DNA from: Rhynchobatus australiae
Lineage: Eukaryota
Reading direction: 5' to 3'
DNA length: 64,000 nt
Assembly (NCBI GenBank): GCA_034780895.1
Contig: JAUZTB010000094.1
Location: 9,645,524 to 9,709,523, forward strand
Shown here one piece after another: positions 11,100 through 23,370 of this stretch. The translations under genes were made by a program, and so were the position numbers. The first letter of the stretch is position 1, and each line of letters opens with the position of its first letter. Below the pieces are notes generated by a model, which ran no database searches, was not told the DNA's origin, and saw only the letters and a list, made by a program, of their open reading frames with translations.

Positions 11100-14000
11100 T
11101 TGCCTAACAATCTGAAGGTTTATGCTGTGTAAAACAAAAACCACAATGTTTTTTTTGAAAGTGGTTTAACCCAGGGTGGACCACTATTGTGACAACTTCC
11201 AGGTTGCATTGCACCACTCCAGAAATTCAACAAGCCACTTTGTCAGGATACATGCTCTTCTGACATTGCTTAGCATCAGTCATGCATTTAATAACCTCTA
11301 TCCTTGCCCAAGTTTTGTTTTGGTACTCATAACTTTAAAACTTGATGCTAGTCCAAGGAACAGTTGTCTTCTGTCAGTCGCAAGCCAAGCAGGTCTCCAT
11401 AAACGCTGCTTACTATCCAGCAACAGTTTTCTCAGGTTGAAAAGTACTCCATCACTGCAGATGCTTCTCTCAACTGACAAATTAGTACATGGAGGTAACT
11501 TCCAAAAGGGGTTTCCATGGTGATCCTGGTGATATTTGAGTCTGAGCTGCTTGCAAGCTTGGGGACCTTGAGGGAAAAGATGAAGTGCTTGGGTTCAAAG
11601 ACCCCATTTACACAATCTATAGGGATAGATCACATCCCCTGTGGTCTGCAGAATTGTATTCCTATCTTGGATTCTGAGTAGTGTCTCCATAGGAATAGTT
11701 TGTATAGGTAGTCATTGCAGATGAAAAATTGTCTGGACCTCAAACAAGTGTGTATCTAGATTCTTAAGGTCAGAGGATCAAAGTTGCTCTCACTCCCCAC
11801 TTCTTAGACTCCATGTCACTGAGTAGCTATTGGATGGTCTATGCCATATAGAGCCCCTCATGGATCATGAGGGTTTCTACTCCATTTGACCACAAATATT
11901 CTAGTTTAATGCCAAGTATCCAGGAAGGTCTTGTGACTCCATCTTGCAAGAGGTACCATGTGTCTTTTATGGGAGCATTGCTCCAAAGGCTGAATCTTGG
12001 GTGATTGAGGGCTACCCCTTGCCTCTCCTGCTTCTGAGTTGTGCATACTCAACACCTGCAGTGTTCCTACAGTGAAAACTATGATACTAATGGAACCCTA
12101 GAAGAGAATGCTTGGGGCTGTGTGCAGGCAATAGAATCTCAAGTCAGGGATATGCACTGCAGTGCACCAAGCAGATCAATATGCTTATCTGCTTCATTCC
12201 ACTCTATATCAACAGGAGAACTTGGCCCTTGTCTCAGGGTCCACTGTATAAGAAACATGAGAATGAACATTATTGGGCCCTACAAGGGCAAAAGGATGCA
12301 GATTATGTGCATTGCAGGAGGGAACCTGTATTTGAAAGTGAAGTTGAAGCACCTGAATAGCCAGATCATCCCCATAAGCACTATTTTCTGTAGTCTCTTG
12401 TCTACTTCATGGAATTTGTTCTGTTGTGACTGCCAGGCAGTACACTTCAGTTGTGGTTCATTTGCTGAAGTGTTGCTATGGCTTGGCTAATGCTCCATTC
12501 AAATGAATCCCACCTTGTGGGAGGGAAATGAACAGGCACCTTTTATTGAAAGCCTAAAGGATAGGGATCCCATTACTAGAAGCAATCCCTTAGTCATGCA
12601 CAGAGCATTTTTGTCTTCAAAGACAAATTAGTGCCTGTTATTTGGCACATAGCCTCAGTGCACTGAATGTGTCCTAGCTGAAAGAGGTGTTTTTAAAAAA
12701 AAATCCAGGGACACCTTTGTCGAGAATGACTTCTCTCGACTGAGGAGTGGAAGATGCCTTTTATGAATTTTTTTTGTGACTGTTGCACAGCAATGACCAT
12801 ACCTGACTGACAGGTCTTGGCTCAATAGCAAGGGGATCCAAGATGATTTAGAGACCAGGTTCTGCTTGATGAACGCGCACACTCCATTGTACCAAATGAG
12901 CTGGAGGAGAACTGGTGAGATGAAGGAAAAGATGTGGGCAAGCATGTGCTTTGTCCAAAGACACGTAAGACCCACAGCAGCTGTGGTCACTGGCAGCTAG
13001 TATCCATGGAGGCAAGTGGCCTTGTGATTGATGGAACAAGCTTTCTTTAATTGACAGGGAACACTCCCTGAAATGAGTTGTCATTTTGTACAGCATGATT
13101 TTTAAGTCAAATTGTGAGGTTTTCAAAGTAGTTGCTCTAGTTATACTTGTAAAAGCATAATGGGAAACAGTTGATCTAGATTATCTTTAAACTTTAACAT
13201 TGTCTATCAAAAATGGAACTGTGCTAAGATCACCAACAAACTGATCTCCTTTGGAGTATAGCATTCTCATTACTGAACTTTCAGGAATGATGATCACTCA
13301 GCAGCTGCACTCTTATCTGGCCCAGTGCAAGGAAAAGCTATGCTTTAACTTTTGTCTTTGCACACAGCCTCTGATTAATAAATTGATGACATGTGGTCTT
13401 GTTTCAGTGTTCTACTGTGGAAGTGGGAGCAGGATCATGAAATATTGCAGAGCACAAGACCTTTGATCCAAAGTCCATTGTTGGATATAGTTTGGAATCA
13501 AATTTCCCAAAGATAGTAAACCTGGTGCCCGGTCAAAATTTTGAACTTGCCAGATGAAAAACTCAACTACAGATGTTGAAGTCTGAATAAATACAGAAAA
13601 TGCAAGAAACACTCAGCAGGTTCCTCGATCTGAACTGTTTCTTTCCACATACTGCCTGATTTGTTTTCACATTTAATATTTTTTTTATTTTTTGCTGCAG
13701 TTTCATTTATGTAATGTCAAGGATCTACCTGCATCTATAATTACACTGTGCAACAATGATGCCACAAATTGGGATCATTTTCTATTGCCAGCAGTGATGG
13801 AGAATAGACATTTAACTCATGGTCTCCTCCCACCATGACATGGTGCCCATCTGAAATGTTTCCCCATCTTGGATGGGCACTGTGTTCAAAGCAGTAATTC
13901 TCCAAGCTAATTATTCTGTGCACTGCCTTCATATTCTGTTGTGGAATAAAAGCCATACAGTCAAACACTAATCTGATTATTTGGGAAAATCCCAGTTGTT

Positions 14001-15620
14001 CAGCATTTAGCTCACTGGATTCTGATTCCTGTACTCCTGACCATTCAACAGATCCCCACTAAATTTATTCTATTCTTTAGCATGTTGGATGTTGTATTAA
14101 TACTCCAATAATTCAGCAGATCTACAAGCCCAGCACCATTTGAAGTCCTGAGCATGCTGAATCAGCAGCTTGCTGTATAACTGCTTTCCAGCTGTCTGGA
14201 AAGTCTGTTACTATAGCACTTTTGCTTCCAAAACCCAGTGGCTACAGCCAGGCTGCTGGTAGGCTGCTCCCTTTCATTTGGAGGGGTTGCCAAGATTTGA
14301 TGGATGTATGGGGTTAGCACTCTGCCTTGATGGGATGCCAGGATTTTTGACTGAAAATGGATGATGTAAGAAAAGTTGATCTGAAGGGTGGCAGCAACAT
14401 CATTCTCCACAAGCCCACGAGCTTGTGTACCTAGGTAAATAAGTGACCCAGACTTCACTTCCACCAGAGTTCTGCCAGGAGTCCTTTCCTGCTCTGGGTG
14501 ATCAATTTACTCCCAATGGAGATCAGCCTGATCCTGGGTGGTTTCTATTCCTACAGAATGTCTGTCTTGGCCCAATGTCCATGAGGTGGACTCTAGCCTT
14601 TGAGGCAGGGGATCCAGCCAGATTGGCCTTGATGGTTACTTGAAGCCCTTGCCTGACATGCAATGGAAACTATTGCAGTCAATCAACAACATCCTTGAGC
14701 ATTGACTTTGTGTATCAGTTAGTGACATTGGCAAGAGACTGCAAGTTCTAGGGGTGTCAAGTATCCCAGCTGGAGACAGTATCCTTTTTTTTGGTGGGGG
14801 GGATTGAGTGTCAAATGCTTTCATTGATCATGCAGTCTTTCCCCTAGCATTGCTTCATGCACCTTGGCTTATTGCACCAGGAGCCTGGCACTTGCACAAC
14901 CTTCCACTAGCCTCCCTTGACGTTGGCTCTCTGCCCCACCCTGGTGCATGCACCTCCTGCTAGGTGTGCATTTTATTAACCTGATTGTCCAATAGCAATC
15001 CATAAGTGTGGTGCTGGCTGCCTCTAGGCTCCATTGTGTTTTTTTACAATTGTTAATCTGCCACAGTGTACCTTGGATCTGAAGCCATGCAGGGACTGCT
15101 ACACAAGTTACTGGCTGTTGCTTGAAATCCAGTAGTAAATTACACTTATTGCAATAAATGGCAGCCTTTCTCAACCCAAGTGCATCAGTGATCTGCAGTG
15201 GTTCACTTGGCACAAGGATATTGCACAATTAACCTAAAAGTTGGAGCTAATAAACTTCAAGATAAATCAGCTGCTTGTCTACTTGATCTTTTTGCGCTAT
15301 GGTAATGTTGATGTCTGATGCAGAACAATGGGGGGTGGAATTGGACAGCTTGTGCACAGTGCTAGATCTTATTAATTTAATTTTAAGGGTTAGTAACAAA
15401 TGTTGGTCAGTTATTGAAGAGCAAGGCTTAAGGTATGCAGATAACAAAGCCAGCTCTGTATTGTGGCACAGTATACAATACACCTTAATGCATTTGTTGA
15501 TGTTGGAGCAATGCAGCAAAGCTTGTGTTGAAAGTGAATTTTGATCCAGTGAAGTTGGGAATGCTTGCAAAGCTGGAAATGGCCCAGCTAGGATTTTGGC
15601 CTGACAGTCAATCCTGTTCC
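11100..15620 (-). mobile_element. Probable decayed DIRS-type (tyrosine recombinase) retrotransposon
   Basis: Degenerate motifs in RT-RNaseH-MT-YR order on -: LPF (~15160) then F..QPV..LQIQG, NRLSRQ (~14200), LWTKHMLAHIF...PLLLSQDL (~12800-12960), NFDPL (~11780), RQLFLGLASSFKVMSTKT (~11320-11370). Many stops and frameshifts; boundaries approximate. Confidence 0.45.
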
Positions 15621-17890
15621 TCTAACAGAACACATCCAGTTTACCTTTCAATCTAAACTGCTTGCATTTTGTCTATTCCTAAAAGCACTTCTACCTTCAC
15701 TTGACACTTCCTTGCACCTTGATCTTAATTTTTTTTAAGCTGGTACTTGTGGTGTTCTGCATTCTTTGTCCCTAATTTGATCCTCATCTCCATCTTAGTC
15801 TTCAATGCTTGTTTAAAACATTTTTGAAATAGTTCTATCCTTTGATTTTACTGAGGTATTGGAATGCTGTAGTTCTGGAACTGCACAGTGCTCACTTTTA
15901 CTTGACATAGTAAGGAGCACCACAAGGTTAAGTACCCCTCCCCAAGTAATCATTACACATTCTCTATCTAAGCTTTTGCACTATGTGCATCATAATCCCT
16001 ATCTTTCAAAGCCTTGCCCATTTTGGTAACCTTTGAATTTTGGCACCAACTAAACATCTTCTAACGGATCCCAAAATTGGAGTTGTGTATGTTCCAACGT
16101 GAGCAAAGAGTGCTGAAAATACTCCATGTTTGGTGGCATTCATGCCAGGAGAAATGGTTAATGCTTCAAATTCTTTGCCCTATTATCAGATATCCCAGTT
16201 AACAATGGGTTGTAGAATAGGGGCGATGAGGAAGAGGGAACACAAAGGTCTGAGACTGGAGTCGTTTAATCTCCTATGTCAAGATAAAGTGGTGGAAAAT
16301 GATGGGACTAGTTCCTTTTTCTCTCAGTCTCTGTAGCATCTGTGTGATGGGAAGGCTCTGGTGCTGGAGCCAAATTACTTGATCACTAGTAGACCTCACT
16401 AGCTCTAAGAACAGCTTATTGAAGTAGCTTAAGATGGTTAGGCCTGGTGCCGTCCTTAAACCATGGCAACATGCTGGAACTGAGATTGCCCTAACTGCTA
16501 CAACAGTCTTCCTTTAGTGCTGGATCAATGCACGTGCAGAGGTTCAAATAGCACTGTCAACTACCCCATCTCTTTTTCTCTCTTATAATTTTTTTTACCC
16601 CTCCCCCCATCTCTTCTAATGCAAATAGATTGTCCTGTTTTATTGCATGGACTAAGCAAATTTCAACATGGCTTGGTAAGCCCCCAGCACATTCTCAGTA
16701 ACTCAGACTCATTTCACTGTTTCAATGTACATGTGACTAATAAATATCTTGTATCCAGATCCCAGTCCAATTGTACTTGAAAACATGTGCTCTTGAATAG
16801 CATTCCTTCCAGCCAGTCTCTAGTTCTTGGCTAGAATATTGGGTCTCATGGCTATTGCTGAAGCTCTCAGCTGTTTATCACACCTGTGAATTAAATTGGC
16901 TTTTGCACAAGGGACCTTGAGGCCAAGATGGAGCATTCACACTGCTTCTGGAAGGTGGTTCCAGGGCTTCAGCCTTGACCCTTGTACTTTTGCTGTTGCC
17001 AGTGTTGAAGATGNNNNNNNNNNNNNNNNNNNNNNNNNNNNNNNNNNNNNNNNNNNNNNNNNNNNNNNNNNNNNNNNNNNNNNNNCTGAGTCATTGGAAT
17101 GACCTGAGCTGTCAGTAGCTTGCTGTTCCCTCTTTAATGTGCATGTCATATTGTAGCTTCACCGGGTCAACTGTAATGTTGCCCCCAAGTTCAGTTGAGT
17201 TCCAGTTCCTGCTTGAGATTCGCACACAATCTAGGCTGATATTCTGAGGGCATGCACATTCTTCTGGGGGAGTGTTGCACTTGGGTGCTGCCTTTGAAAT
17301 CTTAAATCAAGACCTTCTCTGCTCACTCAGGTGAGCAGAATACCATGACGATCTCAGGGTGGGGGCACTTATTTCTGGCAACCTGACCAATGTCCCATTA
17401 TCTAGAGGCTGAACACTGGGATCTTGTGTTTTGCATTCTCTAAAGTACAGTGGGATATCCCAAAATGCTTAACAGTCATTCAAGATCCTGAAGAGCACTG
17501 TGTATATGCAGCTCTTCAGTTGCAGTTGTATGCCAGCATGCTCAACCATGAGCACATTGAGAGGTGGGGTAGGCTTGAGGAGCCTTATAGCCTTTAGCCT
17601 ACTGCTTTTTTTGACACTGGTTTTGGGGTAGTGAGGCATCTCCTGTGCCACTGGGCTTTGCTATGGGATGCAAGCAGAAATAATATTCAGTCACATACCC
17701 AATGTTCCACTGTGTATTCTAAATCTCCTGTTGCACAACGCAATGGTGTGTTGATCAAGTAATGATGTGATATGTCAAGGACTGGAGTGTCTATCTTGCC
17801 AATATCGCTACTTGTAAGCAATGTAAACTGTTCCTAATGTGTAAACAAGTCCATTCATGTCATGTTATCCCTTTTATTTTCCTTTCTCAG

Positions 17891-18008
17891 GACCACAGTG
17901 AAAAGCTCTTACTTGGGACATCCATCGCAGAACTCTTTGGAAGCATACCGCTATTTGGATTGTGGGTCCAATTCTACAGCATACAGGAGACCCCCTTTGA
18001 ACCACTGA
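17891..18008 (+). CDS. TMEM106C: TMEM106C last coding exon with stop
   Basis: tctcag|G ACC...CAC TGA; (Q)TTVKSSYLGHPSQNSLEAYRYLDCGSNSTAYRRPPLNH*, family C-terminal YxDCGxNxT motif. Confidence 0.92.
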
Positions 18009-19321
18009 GATTTGTGGCAGTTTATTCTCCACTTGAGCTCCTCCCTTCTTTCCCCTCCACCATATCCTCAATGTTTCAAAGTAACTTGTATTCATTTAAC
18101 ACTGGGCTACTCTCTTGTTGGAAAATCTGGAGGGTCTATTTCTGCATCTTTTTGTTATAGTGCCCATATCCAAGTATTTAATTTGTAGTAGTTTTATCAT
18201 ATGATATCAAAGAATACAGCTTTTCANNNNNNNNNNNNNNNNNNNNNNNNNNNNTGAAGAAAGCTTTTTAACAATCTACCCATTAGAGCCCATTCAATCA
18301 TCACCTAAAACTATTTGTAGCACAATCAAGCACTGAAATCTAAAAATCCCAGGACCAGCCTATGACCCTGGATGCTTTCTCAACCCTTGCGTCCCCAGTA
18401 CACTAGCCCCTGAATTGCATGTGCACTTTAGCCCTAACCTGGTCACTTCTTTCTCTGACCCATTTTGTATCTTGAATTTGAATCTTCTAGTGTTCTTAAC
18501 TCTGGTCCTAGTCTTTTTCCCCTTCCCCTCTTGTATACATGTTTTAAATGCACTTGGCCACTGAAATGCAGCCAATTTTCTTTTATTAAGAACACCAATC
18601 CACATTGGACTTGCATCCAAGTTATTACCAATAGTGTTTTGTTTTTGCACCAGTAAACTTTAAAGTAATCACATTCAAATTGAATATTTAACCAGAGTAC
18701 AAAAAGAATTGCAAGTCACTTTTTTAAACCCAACTATGTAGCAGTTAACATCTCCACATAGGAGAATCTAGTCCTCCACCTATACATTAAGTTCCATTGT
18801 ACTGAGCTATACTACCACAGCAGTCACTTTCTAACTTGCTTTATGGATTAACTTGTTGCATCACTTAAAAACATTAAATTTGATAGTGATGTAGCCTGAT
18901 GCAATCTTGATCACTTCATTTCAATCCCTATAATTAATAAGAATCTTTTGGTTGCATATCTACCTTCTTGGGTAGGTGCAATTGAACCTGCTGTTGCTAG
19001 TAACTGTTCAAAGCTAGTGTTTAAATGGCTACATACTTTGAGCACAAAGGTAAATCCCTAACTAAAGCTCAGTGGAAATGGAAGATGACTAGTCTTCAAA
19101 CCAACTTCATTGGAAACCTTTGCTATATTTTGTGAAGATGCCATTGCCTGCCTTGCCAATTGCACCAGATCAGAAGGGGAACTTGCGTGAATGTTTGTTT
19201 GGTTTCCTGTGGAGCAGACTAGACAGAAAAGGAAGACTGAAAGTACATGTTTTTATTCTCGTAACTTGGAGAAAATGGATTTTATTTTGTGGTGTTATTT
19301 ATTCCAAGATGTGTTTGTACT

Positions 19322-19327
19322 AATAAA
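19322..19327 (+). terminator. Candidate TMEM106C polyadenylation signal (another at 19654-19659; true 3' end not determinable)
   Basis: AATAAA downstream of the stop with GT-rich sequence following; sequence evidence only. Confidence 0.3.
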
Positions 19328-21714
19328 GGTGTTTATAGGGTAAGATAAACATTTAGAAGTGTGGGGATGGGAAGGAGATACCAACTTGTAATGAAGTTCT
19401 TTCAACTTGAACTTTATTCTGTGACCCANNNNNNNNNNNNNNNNNNNNNNNNNNNNNNNNNNNNNNNNNNNNNNNNNNNNNNNNNNNNNNNNNNNNNNNN
19501 NNNNNNNNNNNNNNNNNNNNNNNNNNNNNNNNNNNNNNNNNNNNNNAGCTTTAGACCAGGGAGACCTGGTGTTGAAATGCCAATTGCCTTTGTGCAAATG
19601 TGATGTGATCATGAGTTTATCTTGGTTAGGTGATGCAGAAAAAGGGGAATAACAATAAAACCTAAGCCAGTTTGGTATTTGGACTTAATTCTCTGCTTGC
19701 TCTTTCTGGCAAGTTACTGAAGAATTGTACCTTTTTCATGCCAGGTTAGAATTGATCTCTTCTTAACTGGCAGCCTGACTTTGCCAATAATTGCCATGCC
19801 TTTTCAAACAAATTTTTGCAACATATTTTCTCCAGGAATTGTTGAGTTTCCACTTGTCATTAGTTCTAGCATTCTACCAATGAATAGCTAATGGGACAGC
19901 TGCTTAAAATTGGGCTCTATAATCCTCTGCCATTTGCAATTTCAGAATGTACTGAACTTCTGCTTTTGTGGTCAGTGTTGGAGTCTGCCTTCACCCAAAA
20001 TGTGCCCTGGTTGCAGTATGAGGAAAAATTGGCAGTATTGAAGTAGACCCATGGGAGGTTTCAGCAAATTTTTGATCCTTGCTTTATCCAATTCTCAACC
20101 CCCCCCCCAGAACTACTGCTAGAAGGATGGATGACTTTCTGTGAGAACTACAGCCCATCCTTTCATAGATTTTGTTGGAATGACCTGTTTTTAATTCTGC
20201 TTACAAAAATGGATCTTGTATTTAATCATGTTTCATACTAGATTTGTTTTCTTTCCAAGGGAAAGGACAGAAGGCCTGACCAGGCTGGAATGTCTTTAGC
20301 ACTGAGCTGATGTGCATTGTTTAAATGTAATGCTGTCAGTTACTAGCACTTTTTTCCAAATAAATGTTGACTAAGGGACTAGTGTACTGACTTCTATAAT
20401 TTTCAGTGATGTGAAGTACTGCTTTGCCCTTTTTGTCTTGCTATTGCACCATAGAACAATTGCTAATCTGGCACCATGCTGTGACCATGTAAACTTTCTA
20501 ATGAGCTATTAAAGTAATCAACTGGCAACTTTGCGCAAAGATTCATTTCATAGCTGGGCTGCTTATGGTTGCTACACAACTTTATGGGACTTGTTTTCAC
20601 CCTGTACGCAAACACCCACTCAGTTTTGCATCTCTGGTCTATGCCCATATGTTTTACTAATGTGTTCATACATCAGTCAGGATGTGAAACTTCCACCCTA
20701 ACATGTTTTTTAAAAATCTTGTTCAATACAAAATCAGATGAAGCACTCTTTGACTACTTGCTATCTGGTTAAGCCTAGGGCATTCCCATGAGCTAGCTTA
20801 CTGAATTGTACTTTACCAGCCCTCATTAGTACCTGAACATCAAACTGCTTTGATTCTGATCTCTAATTCTATCCTTGATCTCTCACATTTTTTAAAATCC
20901 TACAACATACAATGATAAAGTTCCTTTTACAAAAGTGTTGCACTTATTTACTGCAACTTTGTTAAATAAGCTTGCACACTTGCAGCGCAAAATGCAGCTA
21001 TTCATCGTTCCAAGCAGGCAAGATGGGATTGCTCTTGCCCCCATATTTGACTAGCATAGCAGTCATGTAGAATATTTTCACTTCTGAGCAAATCAACAAA
21101 CCTGCTCTTAAATGGCTGCTATGCTGCCTTGCCAATAATGTAGCTGTCTGTTTCTGGTTTTGACACTGAACACTACTACTCCTGAATGATGCTTGGATAT
21201 AATACAAAAGCACAAAAAAAAGGGGCCTGAATCTCTTTTGAGCTCTCGTTTAGCTGTAAACTAATGTGTGTATGGTACCTGGGTCAATTCACATAGGCAG
21301 AACACTTGCTTTGTGATCAGCTGACCAAGTTTTGTTGACAACCAGAGCTCCTTGACTTCTTACTCTTGGCACAGATCTTAATAGTGAGATTTCTAACTAA
21401 TGTTCAACCTTCTCTTGCCAACAGCTAGTTCTGTAGCTGTAAAAGAGCTTCGTGCCCCAGTCAAACTTGTCTTTCAGGCAAGTGTATTACTCTATAATAT
21501 TGACTCCTAATTCATACTTGACCTTTTAGCTATTCAAGGAAATTGAGATTGGCCCTTTTGTCTCAACCCTTAATGTGATGTTGCAAGTAAATCTATGGGG
21601 TATGGTGGGATAGTGGTTAAGAGACTGATACTGAAGTTCTGGATGATTGCTATGGAGAATGAGTTCAAATCCCATCAAGGCAGCTGAGGAATGAATTAAA
21701 ATAGAGTAATTTAT

Positions 21715-22003
21715 TAAACTTTGAAAAGGTTACTTTCAGTAATTGTAACCACATAAGATATCAAAACAGTGAAATAAATCCTTTGCATAGTGTCCTGGGG
21801 GCAGCCTGCAAGTGTCACCACACTTCCGATGCCAATATAGCATGCCCACAACTTCCCAACCTGTGTGTCCTTGGAATGTGGGAGGAAACCCACGCAGACA
21901 CTGACAACGCAGGACACTGAGAACGTTACAGACAGTGGCCAGAATTGAACCAAGGTCATTGGTGCTGCAGAGCATTATGTTAACTGCTACACTGCCATGC
22001 CTG
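21715..22003 (-). mobile_element. HE1/V-SINE-like SINE
   Basis: ggaatgtgggaggaaacccacgcagaca...gaattgaacc...actgctacactgccatgcc. Confidence 0.75.
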
Positions 22004-22013
22004 TGAAGATTAT

Positions 22014-22072
22014 CACCCAGTTAGGGGCTTGAACCCACAACCCTGGGATTAAGAGTCCCATACTCTACTGAC
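22014..22072 (-). pseudogene. 5'-truncated tRNA-Lys(CTT) pseudogene
   Basis: - strand GTCAGTAGAGTATGGGACTCTTAATCCCAGGGTTGTGGGTTCAAGCCCCTAACTGGGTG; intact anticodon stem TGGGA/TCCCA with CTT; first ~14 nt missing; CpG-decay substitutions. Confidence 0.85.
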
Positions 22073-23089
22073 GAAAATCCATCTGGTTCACCAATATCCT
22101 TCAGAGCAGGAAACCTGCCATACTTGATCAATCTGCCCTACATACTTCCAGACCAACAATGGGGTTGGCCAACTGTCGCCATGGTTTGGGCACAATTGGG
22201 GATGGGCATTTGAGGCCCTTTGTCATGAACAAATAAGTAATAAAAATTCATGCCATCAAATTTGAATTGATTTGGAATGGTCCAACTTGAGGCTATATAA
22301 AGTGGAACTGAACAATGTGATAAATGCCATGATGTAAATTTATTATGGTCTGTCTTTAATCTCCAGACTTGATTGCATAGAACCACAAAGCAATCTTAGT
22401 GTCATTGGTTTCAAGCTTCTACAATATGCTATTGTTTCAGTTGATCTTGCTCTCCAAGAGAGGCTGGATTTCTGCTTATTTGACTGGCTTGGCTCCAAAG
22501 ACCAACAATGAATACCTTGTTTTTTGCTCTCTCCCCATACCTCTTGTTTATAAATAAATTGTAGCAGGCCTTAATTTAAGCTACTGTTTCTGCTGCCATC
22601 TTTGTTCAAGATTCAAGTGATGGCTTCTTTCCCATCCATCTCCAGTGCGGCTGGCTTGTACTTGAGGTTGTTTATGTGCAAGCTGCTTATGTTTACATGA
22701 AGAGTTTTTCTTGGTGCCAAGCTCACTTGAGTATTGTACCTAAATATTATCCATGAAGTCCTACCAGAGACAGTATAATAATTATCCTGTTCAGAGTGAA
22801 ATGCACCAAAAAACTTTACATAGTTGAAAATCTCAGGACTCTGTCCCTTTTATTCTATATTATCATCCATCTTTTACCTGCTGATCAGTGTGCTGAGTTC
22901 AAAATGACTATGAAGTGCTTTGCAAAGTAAATTGTACACTGAATTTATATCAAAGAGCATGTATGTGCAATGTTCTTTTCCCAGCAAACTATGCAACTTG
23001 TGGCAGAGTCAGAAGATTATTGGATTAAAACTCTCATCAGGCATTTTGAGCCTATAACTTTAGATTGATATTCCAATTTGGAACTGAAG

Positions 23090-23370
23090 GCATGTACTCT
23101 ATGAAGTGCCATTTTCAAGATGAAACATTAAAGATGTTGCCTTCTTGTAGTTGGATGTGCGATTATTTTGGAGAGCAGGGTCTGTCTTGGATAATTTTTA
23201 TCACAACTGACATTAAAAGCAAATGATTTGGTCATTACCTCTTGCTGTCTGTGGAACCTTGTTGTACGCAAATAGTCTGCTGTACTTCCTAAGACTTGCT
23301 TCAAAGTGCTTAATTGGTGCAAAGTGTCTCATGCTCTTCAAAATATCAGGATGTTCTATTTAAATGCTTT
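23090..23370 (+). mobile_element. DeuSINE/SacSINE1-like SINE
   Basis: gatttggtcattacctcttgctgtctgtggaaccttgttgtacgcaaat...ctatttaaatgc; homologous to copies at 35.1, 40.5 and 43.2 kb. Confidence 0.6.

Larger units (their letters stand above)
21597..22240 (+). mobile_element. Old tRNA-headed SINE split by internal insertions (5' part ~21597-21700, 3' part 22073-22240)
   Basis: A-box tggtgggatagtggt, B-box gagttcaaatcc, resuming with aaaatccatctggttcaccaatatccttcag...; reverse copies at ~32810-33120 and ~34040-34290. Confidence 0.6.

Noticed and set aside
12041-12490. 149-aa + strand ORF as a nested gene
   Set aside because: Starts at GTG, has no recognisable domain, and lies antisense within the putative DIRS relic.
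22014-22072. Functional tRNA-Lys gene
   Set aside because: Lacks the 5' acceptor strand and half of the D-arm/A-box.
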